From contig OZ024741.1 in assembly GCA_964016885.1 (NCBI GenBank), forward strand, positions 304,172,001 to 304,236,000: a stretch of DNA of 64,000 bases, given 5' to 3'. This stretch comes from Eledone cirrhosa. Its lineage: Eukaryota. The notes beneath the pieces are model-generated. The model was not told the DNA's origin. It did not search any database and saw only the letters and a list, made by a program, of their open reading frames with translations. Each line of letters begins with the position of its first letter. Position 1 is the stretch's first letter. The position numbers and the translations under genes are program-made. Below, piece by piece: positions 11,067 through 22,530 of the stretch.

Positions 11067-14000
11067 TTAGGTAAGGCGGGTCTTCTCTGTTACTGAGTAC
11101 CGCCAAAGGTCTCGGTCCAGTGACATTGTCTTGGAGAGGTGTAAGTGTGTGATGTCGGAGTTTATCAGCTCGTCCCAGGTTTTTCTAGGTCTGCCTATTC
11201 CGTGACTACCGTCTATCTTTATTGCCCTGCACTTTGTTATACAGCTATCGACTTTCATGCGCATCACGTGTCCATACCAACGTAGCCTTCTCTCGAGTAA
11301 ACAACATCTGATCCCTCTTATCTCTAATTTTTTCCTTAGTTCGTTTATGCTTTGCCGTTCACGTATATTACTGTTACACATCCAGCGGAGCATGCAAGCT
11401 TCGTTCCTCTCTAGTCTGCGTATATCCTCTGCACACAATGCCCAGGTCTCACTGCCATGCAGCATTGCTGTTCGTATGCAGGCATCGTACAACCTGCCTT
11501 TCATTTTTAGTGAGAACCCTTTAGCAGCTAATAGTGGTATAAGCTCTCTGAACTTTTTCCAACCAGTTCTGACTCTAGCTACAGTACTTTCAGAGCACCC
11601 TCCCCCACTGCTGATTTTATCGCCCAGGTAACGGAAGCTGTCCACTATTTCTATAGAACCCTCTGCGCAATTGAAAGAGCTAGTAGTTTGTGGGCACTTG
11701 CTGCTACTTATTGCACCAGAGCACCGGCCACATGTAAAATCTATGTTCTTAGTTAGCTTACCTGTGATCCCACTACATCTTTTATGCACCCATACTTTGC
11801 ATTTAGGACATAAAATGGAGTTTCTACCTACGCCTTTCCTACACACCGAGCACGACCATTTCCCAGAAGGGACCGCCGCCTTGTTTTCTTTCCTACAAAC
11901 TAGTACTTTGGTCTTAGCCAGGTTAATTTTAAGTCCTTTTGACTCTAGGCCGTGCTTCCATGTTTGGAATTTCTTCTCTAGCTCGGCCATTGATTCCGCT
12001 ATGAGTGTCAGGTCGTCTGCGTATAGGAGTTCCCATGGGCAGCCTGTCTTGAACTCCTCTGTTATAGCCTGAAGGGCAATAATAAATAGTAGTGGACTGA
12101 GAACAGAGCCCTGATGGACGCCAACTTTTACGCTAAACTCTTCACTATATTCGTTGTTAATTCTAACCTTGCTGACTGTTTCTTTATACATGGCTTGTAT
12201 AGCCCTCACAAGCCATTCGTCAACGCCTAGTTTTCTAAGAGCCCACCAGATAATGGAGCGGGGGACTCTGTCGAAGGCTTTCTCCAAGTCGACAAAAGCT
12301 AAGTAGAGGGGTTTACCTTTAGCTAGGTACTTCTCCTGTAGTTGTCGTACTATGAAAAGAGCGTCTGTGGTACTTTTGCCTGACACAAACCCGAACTGCA
12401 TTTCATCTAGGTCAATTCTCTCTCTGATTAGTTACGCTATTACTTTTTCCGTGACCTTCATGACCTGGTCGATTAATTTAATGCCTCTATAGTTACTCCT
12501 ATCTAGGGCGTCTCCTTTACCCTTATAACAGTTAACGATGATGCTGCTATGCCAGTCCTTCGGAACAACCCCATTCTGTACGACTTGGTTAACTATGCGG
12601 GTGACCATGGTGTGTCCCACCGTGCCAGATGCCTTCAGCATCTCAGCAACTATTTCCGAAGGCCCAGCCGCCTTACCAGTCTTCATATCCTTGATTGCCT
12701 TACTTATTATACTCCCCTCGACTAACACTGCTGGTCCCTCTATTGGGTCGATATGGGGGAGACTGCCTTTCTCCCAATTATTCTCCTCATTTAGTAGCCT
12801 TTCATAGTGACACTTCCAAGCTACCTTCTTATCAGCGTCGGTGATGGCAAGTGTGCCATCGTCGTTTAGTACACACTTCTCCCCGACAATATCACGGTTT
12901 TCCTTGACGCATTGCCTAGCAATCCTGAACACCTCACGTTTTTGGTCATCGCGTTGTAGAACATGCTTGAACTTTCTTTCCTCAGCTTCCCTTCTTGCTA
13001 AGTACACTTGTCTCCTAGCTTCCCTCCTGGCCACTTGATAGTCCTCTCTACTTCCCCCATCCCGCCATACTTTCCAAGCCTGCTTTTTGGCCTTAATTGA
13101 CCCCTCCACCTTACTGTTCCACCACCATGTTACTCTCCTCCTGCCTACAGGCCTGCTCCAGCCACAGACCTCGTCTGTCGCCAACAGCAGGTTTGCTTTC
13201 AGAAATTCCCACTCTCCCTCTATATTGTCCGACTCTAAATGTTCTTCCTTACTGTCGAAAGCATCAAGTAATATGCTTTGAAATTTATTCCTGGCTGTGG
13301 GGTCCTTTAGCTTCCATATTTTCCTCCTGAGGATAGTCCTCTTCTGTTGTCGAGTACGTCTCGTCCTGACTATGAGGTCGCTAATTATCAGTCTATGTTG
13401 GGAGGTGCATTCTTCATGGGGGAGGGATTTAGTGTTTACAACAGACACTCTGTCACGTCTTCTGGTAAGGATATAATCTACCTGGCTTGTGTGTTCCCCG
13501 GATCTATAGGTGATCAGGTGATTGTCACGTTTTTTGAAGTTAGTGTTACAGATAGTTAGGTTATTTGCATCACAGAATTCCAGGATTCTGGAGCCTTCCT
13601 CATTTCTAGTACCAAACCCATAGCCTCCATGGATTTCGTCGTAGCCGTCACAATGTTGTCCAACGTGACCATTTAGGTCGCCTGCGATAATTATATAGTC
13701 ACTGTCGGATATTTGGGAGGTAGTTAGCATCAGTGTCTCATAGAATCTGTCTTTTATAGTGCCGGGCAGTCCGGATTGGGGTGCGTACGCAGATATTACT
13801 GTCACCGTAGTTCTATTGAGGACAAGTCGTATTTTAATTATTCTGTCGTTCACTCTATTTACGTCTATTATCTTATCTGCCCACTTTTCTGCTACCATGA
13901 TTCCTACTCCACCCAGCCCATCGTCGTTTCCCACCCAGAAAAGCTTATAACATCGTTTTTTACCCTCAATGAACCTAGCAGACCCACCCCTCCACCTGGT

Positions 14001-14297
14001 CTCTTGAATACAACAAACATCGACCTCCTTACGTTCAAGCATTTCTACAACCTCGTTAGCGCGACCCTTTAGGGTGCCTACATTTATGGTACCAACTCTG
14101 AAGTTTTGGATTGCGTTTGGGGGTTGGGGGCGGTGAGGGGCGGGGGGCGATGGGGTTATGTTAGCCGTCCGCGGTCGAAACAATGAGGAGTGCTCGCATT
14201 CTCGTCCAAGAGGTGAATTTGTCTTTATCTTTGGCATTGTCGCTGAGCGTCCAGATTTTTCTCTCTCACCTCCACTCTCCAGGATTCCGCAGTCCAT
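11067..14297 (-). pseudogene. RTE ORF (APE endonuclease, reverse transcriptase, PHD-like finger) with one in-frame stop
   Basis: APE motifs GTINV, CIQETRW, SAYAP, GDLNGHVG, VDYIL, SQHRL; RT motifs NYRGI, QFGF, FVDLEKAFD, GVHQGSVLSP, YADD, FRYLG, RLRWYGHV. ORFs 12432-14330 and 11067-12401 are in the same frame: KVIA*LIRERIDLDEMQFGF. Confidence 0.95.
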
Positions 14298-14464
14298 CCA
14301 TCCATCATATATCGTAAGGCAACCAGGCAAGCGATAGTATAGGCCTCTGGTTTCTGATTGGTCCGCGTAATAATACTGGTGATGCGTGGGGGCTCTGTTT
14401 TATGATTGGTCCACGTAATAACAATGGTGGTGCGTGGGGGTGGGAGGGAGGGGTGTTGGGTAGC

Positions 14465-15299
14465 TAGCAAGAAGGTAACGATTGAATGGGGTCCTTGCAT
14501 TTAACAAGCGATTAACAAAAATACAAAATTTGTTCTGTTAAATACGTCCAAAAACTTACGTATTTAGCAATTAATAGAAACAGAAAATGTAGTTTGTTTT
14601 AGCGATAGATTGGCTATTTGGACTTGATACGAAATATGGATTGTTTTGAAAATACGCTAGAATTAAGATTTGTGGAGGGAGAGAGATGAAGTCTGTACAT
14701 TAGCAAGAAGGTAACGATTGAATGGGGTCCTTGCATTTAACAAGCGATTAACAAAAATACAAAATTTGTTCTGTTAAATACGTCCAAAAACTTACGTATT
14801 TAGCAATTAATAGAAACAGAAAATGTAGTTTGTTTTAGCGATAGATTGGCTATTTGGACTTGATACGAAATATGGATTGTTTTGAAAATACGCTAGAATT
14901 AAGATTTGTGGAGGGAGAGAGATGAAGTCTGTACATTAGCAAGAAGGTAACGATTGAATGGGGTCCTTGCATTTAACAAGCGATTAACAAAAATACAAAA
15001 TTTGTTCTGTTAAATACGTCCAAAAACTTACGTATTTAGCAATAAATAGAAACAGAAAATGTAGTTTGTTTTAGCGATAGATTGGCTATTTGGACTTGAT
15101 ACGAAATATGGATTGTTTTGAAAATACGCTAGAATTAAGATTTGTGGAGGGAGAGAGATGAAGTCTGTACATTAGCAAGAAGGTAACGATTGAATGGGGT
15201 CCTTGCATTTAACAAGCGATTAACAAAAATACAAAATTTGTTCTGTTAAATACGTCCAAAAACTTACGTATTTAGCAATTAATAGAAACAGAAAATGTA

Positions 15300-15303
<4 letters not shown>
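14465..15303 (-). repeat. Tandem 236-bp monomers (~3.5 copies) forming the LINE 5' UTR
   Basis: Units start at 14465, 14701, 14937 and 15173 (period 236); only one substitution noticed. Confidence 0.97.
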
Positions 15304-15334
<31 letters not shown>

Positions 15335-15382
15335 CTGTTCTATATTTTTGAGACGAGGAATTATTTACATTATATATATTGT

Positions 15383-15717
15383 GTCCTAGTGATGTTATTA
15401 TTAACGTTTGTTCAGGTCACTACCTTGAATTGTACTCGGAATCTTGAGGTTAGTAGCCCACTCTTTAAACACTTTTTTTTTTTTAGGGCTTATAAACTGA
15501 TATAAGCCCTAAAAAAAAAATCATGAGAAAAAATAAAAAAAATAATTACGGGGGTGGGGGTTAAAAAGCGGGCTAGTAACCTCAAGATTCCGAGTACAAT
15601 TCTAGGCAGTGACCTGAACAAACGTTAATAATAACATCACTAGGACTCCTGATGAAGGCTGGAGGGTACATCAGCTGAAACATGTTAACAACAAAACAAG
15701 ATGAGGACATCTATCCG

Positions 15718-15720
<3 letters not shown>
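15383..15720 (+). mobile_element. Fold-back element with tRNA-like segment and hammerhead-like motif
   Basis: Palindrome 15383-15646; arm reads ggttaaaaagcgggctagtaacctcaagattccgagtacaattc (tRNA-like); then CTGATGA a ggctg..cagct GAAA catgtt at 15649-15686; (TA)n on both sides. Confidence 0.6.
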
Positions 15721-15761
<41 letters not shown>

Positions 15762-15977
15762 TTATATATATCTTAACCCTTTTGTGACTATAATGTAATA
15801 CACTATTTCAATTAATATATTACAAATTCTGAAGGATTTGCCAACTCTCTTAACCTTTTTGTTACCACATTTCTAGTGAAATACATTTTATTTCAATTAA
15901 TTAATTTGGAGAGATTTACTAAATTTATCAATTCATTTTATTATTAGCAAATTCTTAACTTATGGTTTTTATATAAA

Positions 15978-16242
15978 ATAATTGTTTCTACTTTAGCCAC
16001 AAGGCCAGCAATTACCCAGTACATTATTGGTACTTTATTTTATCGACCCCGTAAGGATGAAAGGCAAAGTTAACCTCGGCGAGATTTGATCTCAGATCAT
16101 AAAAGGACGCAACTCTATGCTTCAAAGCATGGCGTCCGACTCTCTATTTCTACTTTAGGCACAAGGCCAGCAATTACCCAGTGCATTACTGGTACTTTAT
16201 TTTATCAACCCCGTAAGGATGAAAGGCAAAGTCAACCTTGGC
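15978..16242 (-). mobile_element. Two tandem Nin-domain SINE copies
   Basis: Repeated tttctactttag(g/c)cacaaggccagcaattacccag..ccccgtaaggatgaaaggcaaag. Confidence 0.85.
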
Positions 16243-16480
16243 CATATAAAATAATGTCAGAAGATTATAATCTAAATAGAAACCATCTAAAGTGTGTGGT
16301 TGGGTTTAGGTCAGGCAACACTCATATGTAAGGAGGTTAGTATCTTTATTTATGGATAGATTGATGTGAAAATTTGTAGTATTAGATTAAATACATTAAT
16401 GTTTACTATGATGCTGTCAATTATACTAAACATGTTCAGTGTGCATGGTTGTTAATTCATTACATAATAATTAGAGTCAT

Positions 16481-16810
16481 GGGTCAGTATACCTGAGCTG
16501 GGCAATTAGGTGAGCACTTGCTGGCCTACAAAATTGCTCAAATATGTTGTGTTTATCACTGGTTCCGAGGGTCAGTATACTTGAGCTAGGCAGTGGGGTG
16601 AGCTCCTGATGGCTCAAATGTTATGTTTATCACCAGTTCAGATGGTCAGTATACCTGAGCTGTGCAGTGGGGTGAGCTCCTGCTGGCCTACAAAATAGCT
16701 CAAATATGTTATGTTTATCACCAGTTCAGATGGTCAGTATACTTGAGCTAGGCAGTGGGGTGAGCTCCTGCTGGCCTACAAAATGGCTCAAATAGGTTGT
16801 GTTTATCACC
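16481..16810. repeat. Tandem repeat, 4 units (88/74/88-bp periods)
   Basis: (g/t)ggtcagtatac(c/t)tgagct... at 16481, 16569, 16643 and 16731. Confidence 0.9.
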
Positions 16811-17846
16811 TCTGCTTGCCAAACTCACTCCCACACATCCCCTATTGCAGCACTGGCTCCACTAAATTGTGTTGGGTGTGAAAGCAAGAGTTTGGCGCTA
16901 TAACCGCTGCAATGTTTGGATTGCACTATCGTTAAGTGCATATACTTGCGGCTGGGCACCACTTGTGAAACCAATCGTCCAAAGGAACTCCATTGAAATG
17001 AACTTACATTGTGAATTCCTTCGATGGAGCCTGCTCAAACCATCCCTGGGTGAATGCCGTCACAAGTACAAGTAATTAGAGTTACTCCTCTCACATGAGA
17101 GAGTACATTGTTGTTTCGTACTTTTCTAGAATGTTTTGCTGTTGTCTTCCTGCAGTACAGGACAATAAAAGTTAAATGGCTTTAGGTTAACAAACTATAG
17201 ACATATCAGAGCATATTTGACCAGAACTTACGCTAATAAAAGCATGCATTCTAGGATATGCTGGTGTCATGACAAAAAGCACCCATTCTACAATGTAAAG
17301 TGGTGATACTGGTGTCACATTGAAAAGCACTGTCCATCTTGTTAGGTGGTGGGACTGGTGCCATGAAAAAAAACACTCAGTGTACCCTATAAGGTGGTAG
17401 TGCTGGTGCCATGCAAACTGCTCGCTGTCCATCCTGTAAAGTGTTTGGTATTAGGAAGGGTACCCAGCCATAGAAACCAAGCCATAAATGGAACATGTGA
17501 TCAGGATGTAGTTACCTGGTCTCACTGGCCTCAATACTTGACAATCTGTCTAATACATGCAAGAAAACATGATGGTGGTGGTGGTGACAATATGCATGCG
17601 CAAGGGGTAAAAACATCACTGAAGTAAACTTTCACAAAAAAAAAATCTTTGCAAGTAACTAGCAGGAATCTTGATTGAGGCCTTTGATTTTCTTAAGTAT
17701 GTGAGACAAATCCACACTGAATTGCTAGTAAGCTTTTATAGGGATTATTTCATCAATGCTAGCCATTGAAAATCTGGTTTGAATTTGAACTAAAATATGC
17801 AAACAATTTTGCATATTTAAACATTTAATCCTGTTATGATGTCATC

Positions 17847-17918
<72 letters not shown>

Positions 17919-18039
17919 ATACTTAGCCTTGCTGTAAGGACTGTTTTTTTTAGTTCAATGTTGATTCTTCTTAGAATATTGTCAGGCCTTGTATAGCTGA
18001 GTTACATAGATATTTTATAAAGATATGTACATAGAAAGT

Positions 18040-18260
18040 AAACAGAAATAATAAAGCAAATGACACAGAACATTGAAGAAATATATTAGTTTAATGCTTG
18101 AAATAACAGGAAAAGAGTCTTAATGTTTCAGGCACTAGTCCCTCTTCAGAAAATCAAATTAGAAACAAAAGATAAAATAAAAAGATAAAGAATGAGAAGA
18201 GGAAGGAACAAGAAAAAAAAAATGAGAAAAAAAAACACACATGTAAATTCAGTCAACCAT
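18040..18260 (-). mobile_element. Short repeat with hammerhead-like motif, copy 2
   Basis: Minus strand: ttt CTGAAGA gggac-tagt-gcct GAAA catt aaga (18117-18152), then cctgttatttcaagcattaaactaatatatttctt as in copy 1. Confidence 0.55.
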
Positions 18261-19300
18261 GTTGGAGATTTTATAAAGATACTGTTATGTACAAAATGCT
18301 GTGTTGCATTCACAAATTAATCTAAAAACAAATAATTAGCCACTAAGTAGGCATCATTAGGCAACTTGAGTTGACTCTCTACTAAAAGGACCATCTCCAC
18401 TATGGTTATTCAGTTGATATATAGAAAGCAGGATATTCTGTACACAGAATAATACAATTACTTCTTTAGGTTATATGGCATTTGTTTATCTTTCAATGTA
18501 TTTTTATTTATTATCTCTGTGTGTTGTATGGGGCAACTAAAAAGGATGGAGTCAGGAAAGGCATCTGGTTGAGAAACATTGTCTCAAAACATCCTGTTCA
18601 ACCCATGCCAGCATAGAAAAGTGGACACAAAAATGATGATCATCATCTTAACAGTAATATCTTTTTAAACACATGACCTCTGTTATAAAAACTAAGACAT
18701 TACTAACATGGGTTATTTAGTTTATCAACATCGCTGAAACCTTTCAGTTCAACTGATGATCATCATCCTTTTTACATCCACATTTCCATGCTGGCATGAG
18801 TTGAATAGGATGTTTTGAGACAATGTTTTACAGATGGATGCCCTTCTTGATGCTAACTAGTTTAGCTGCTTTTTACTATATACAGGAATATGGTGTATTT
18901 ATTTTAAAAACAAAAGTTAAGTAAATAAATAGTGAAAAGGCTCTTAAATTGTTCTCAGAGAAGCAGCTTCAATGTCCTTTCTAAGGTGGGAAGTTTAATC
19001 ACAGATTACAGAGGTCAGTAAAATTTGTGGGCTAAATCTGACCACTAACTTCATTTCATCCAGCCTGAGGACGCTAGTACCTTCCTCATCCCAGTCATTC
19101 TTAACTTTATCTTATATAAGATTCATCTGCTATTTCGATTTTTCTTCTCTCTAATGATTCTTGTTTATCTCTGTAACAAAACACCCAATGACAACAACAA
19201 CAATATACATTCCTCCTTTTTCTCTCTAATTTATATCGCTAGACTACAAATGTTAAAAAGCTTAATGGTGTGGCATTTTGCTGTTGAAACTTTATTAGTA

Positions 19301-19578
19301 CTCTCAGGTCCAAAATAATGGAGGGGGTGAATAAGTGAGGGAGTTGGAGTAAGTGGAGGATAGAAATGGGAGGGGGGAATCGGTAATTTTTCTAGGTTGT
19401 CTCCGTTGATTTTTTTTAAGAACAAGAATTAGTTATATATAATATTTTTTTCAATATCTAAAGAAAATTAATTGTTGCAGGAATGCTACCACTTAAAATA
19501 AAATTTTGCTGGAGATAGATGAGCAAAATTTAATAAGTGCGGGGGAGATATTTGAAAAATTAATAAGAGAACTGAGAG
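19301..19578. mobile_element. TA-flanked MITE (Tc1/mariner-pogo-like)
   Basis: ta|ctctcaggtc ... gaactgagag|ta; internal caggaatgctaccacttaaaataaaa shared with 45422-45733. Confidence 0.7.
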
Positions 19579-21142
19579 TAACTGCCCTGCCACTCTCAAA
19601 TATGTTTTTACGACAAATTTAAACTGATATCAAACCGAAACAATGTTTTCCTTCTGACATCATATATTGAAATTAAAATATTTGTCTTAAAAGACTTAAA
19701 AAGGAAAAGAGCTGTTCATCTGAATGGTTCAAGCAAGTGTTTTGCTGATACTATCTGCTGATCACAACTTCTGACATAAGAAGGCAGGATATGAACTTGG
19801 AATGTATATAGAAGGAGACTATTAAATTACAAGGAAACCAAATATTAAAGGTCAATATAACATTTTAAATATTTTATTTATAAGTTCTCTCTCTCTCTCT
19901 ATTATATATATACATATATATATCATCATCATCATCGTTTAATGTCTATCTTCCATGCTAGCATGAGTTATCCCATTTGAGGTAAGTTGGGTCGGGTGAT
20001 CGTGTCTCGTTGATATAGGACTCTTTCTGGCTGGTTTTCTACGGCTGGATGCCCCTCCTAATGTCAACCACATTTACAGTGTGTGCTGGGTTCTTTTTAC
20101 CATGTCTCCTACATGACCACTTTACAATGTGGACTGGGTGGCTTTTGTCGTGACACCTACACAACCACTTTACAGTGTGAGCTGGATGTTTTGTGGTACC
20201 AACATAACTTTACAGAGTAAGGGTGGTGTGGGCGACAGTGAAAGGGAGGTGTAGGGATTGTGGGGTAGAGGATATATATAAATATATATTCCATGCTTGC
20301 TTGGATATATATATGTGTGTGTGTGTGTCTGTGTGTGCATTTATGTATGTATGTATATATATGAAAAGTAGACGGAAACAACAAAGCAAACAATGTAGTT
20401 TTGGACACTAGTCTATCAGAAGATAGAATGAAAAATAAAAGAATTAGAAAGATAGAGAATGACAAAAGGAGGGACTTATCATCATCACCATCAACCACCA
20501 TTTAATGTCCATTTTTCCATGCTAGCATAGGTTGGACGAGTTGTCCTGCTATAAGACAAACCAGATCAGATGACAGTGTCTTGTTAATACAGAACTGAAG
20601 AAAAAAATTGAGGGGAAGAAAAGGCATGTGTGTCAGCCATTTCATGTAGTGTATGTTCAAAAAGTAAATGGAAACTACAAAGCCAACAACACAGTACAAT
20701 GAAGATATTAGAAGACATTGAATAAATTAACAAATGACTGAAACCAACAAAATGGAATGTTTTACCCAATTATAATTTGAAGATATTTTTCATAAAAATA
20801 ATTCTTCTCTCTCTTTCATTCACACTCTTACCATCCTCCTTCTAGCATGACAGACGTTTTACACTACAGAAACACCAACTTTAATATAATAGATAATTGT
20901 TATTATTACAGTATTTAAGGAGAGTGGAATGGGAGTATCAGTGGAGGAAGGGGAGAGGTCAATTCAATCAACTATACTTTTTTTTCCTTAAAATGTTTGG
21001 TCTTGTGCCAAGGTGAGATACCATCGCCATCACCATCTTCATAATATTGTGGTTTATTTGCATAAAACACTAACAATATCAGATTTTAAGTACACCAGCC
21101 AATTCAATTTGACTGATATATAATAATAATAATAATAATAAT

Positions 21143-21465
21143 ATTCTCTGGGATATGCCAATAAATACAGACAGAGAAATCAAACCCAACCGACCAGTTA
21201 TTATAGTCAAAGACCACATGAAAAAAAATGCCTTCTATATTTGGAGAAACTCTCCAAATATAAAGATCTAGAGATAGAAATAACTCGAATGTGGAAAATG
21301 AAAACAGAAACAATACCTATAATAATAGGTGCTCTGGGAATGATAAAAAACACGCAGTCAAATATATAACCAAAACCCCAGGAGTTACAAATATATACAG
21401 CATACAAAAGGTAGCACTACTAGGCACTGCACACATATTATGAAAAGTACTATCAATACAATAGA
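21143..21465 (+). mobile_element. REL-endonuclease LINE (R4/HERO/NeSL-like) 3' fragment
   Basis: ILWDMPINTDREIKPNRP.., KLSKYKDLEIEITRMWKMKTETIPIIIGALG, QKVALLGTAHIL. Confidence 0.85.
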
Positions 21466-21554
21466 AATAACACCAGCAAAAACTATACTGCTCATACCCA
21501 AGGTGCACAGAGCTATGCTCGGTAAAGCAGTAATGATGTGTAATAAAAATGATA

Positions 21555-22085
21555 ATAATAATGCTTTCCTTATTAACCACAAGGGTTAGGGTTAGTATAA
21601 CATTAAGGACAGTACAGGACAATACAGGAGAGTACAGATGGGCATTTCTGCATGTAAAAAAAAAAAAATTATATGTATAAAAAAGAAACAAGGAAAAAGA
21701 TTCCAAAATGATAATACTAATGATTTCTTTATTCACCATAAGGGTTAACATCAAGGAAAACATTATGAAAGCACAGGACAAAAACTTAAAGTGTGTGTAT
21801 GTGTGTTGGTGAGTGGGCTTTGCATGTAAACAAATTCAACGATGTTAAAAAAGAAAGATAACAATAAAAATTAAAACAAAGAAGATTCCTCAGTAGGAAG
21901 GAAATGAGCTGGAGAAACATGTGTCTGGTGAACGGTACCAACACCTGTTCACCGTTAAGGAAAAGATGGAGATGTCGTAGCCTCAGCACATGTTTGTGCA
22001 TCATCAGCCACGACCTTCCCAGTCCTCCACACAGTACGTGTTGACAGCAGATGGACCACCTGACCATTGGAACGCGTCCCTTTCA
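21555..22085 (-). mobile_element. Rearranged Tx1/L1-like LINE fragments
   Basis: MVRWSICCQHVLCGGLGRSWLMMHKHVLRLRHL is homologous to 45876; 3' UTR piece ttattaaccacaaggg at 21571. Confidence 0.75.
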
Positions 22086-22149
22086 CAAAAAATGGAAGTG
22101 CAAATGCTCCGGTGCAGTCAGAATTCTAAGGTTTTTCTAGCAATCAGTC

Positions 22150-22530
22150 GCTAGGTGAAGCATGTTAATTGGCCTCAGATCAGTCCCTGATCTCAGAGGC
22201 TCAGTATATCACATAAGATTCTGGCAGATGGTAAAAATGTAGACACTGCCTATGAAGTCGGGGATCCCAAGGCTTTTGATGAAAAATGTAAGATGTTTAG
22301 AGACCATGCCTAGCACCCCAATGACAATTGGCACAACTTCTGTCTCTACATGGTGATCAGTTCTAATAGCACCTGCAAGGGCTGCATACTTATTGATCTT
22401 TATTGATCTTTTCTATTTCCTTTTCAGCCACATTGTGGTCTTGAGAGATCGTAATATCAATTAGAGTTGATTTTGAGGGGTTGTTAGTTTTTACAATATC
22501 AGGGTGGTTGTGTTGGACTTTGTGGTCTTG
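22150..22530 (-). mobile_element. REL-endonuclease LINE fragment
   Basis: HKVQHNHPDIV.., LIDITISQDHNVAEKEIEKI, KYAALA..TEVVPIVIGVLGMV. Confidence 0.75.

Larger units (their letters stand above)
10670..15303 (-). mobile_element. Near-full-length young RTE-clade LINE
   Basis: APE+RT ORF, ~400-bp 3' UTR ending in (GAT)n at 10670-10689, 5' UTR with tandem monomers; (TA)n at both junctions. Confidence 0.96.

Noticed and set aside
11257-14072. Plus-strand ORFs overlapping the LINE
   Set aside because: Antisense shadows of the RT/endonuclease frame
14465-15303. LTRs or a CRISPR array
   Set aside because: Head-to-tail repeats on one side of a non-LTR element only; no spacers, PBS or PPT
17155-17186. 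Possible 30-nt exon (cag|...|gttaac)
   Set aside because: Stop codons in all three frames
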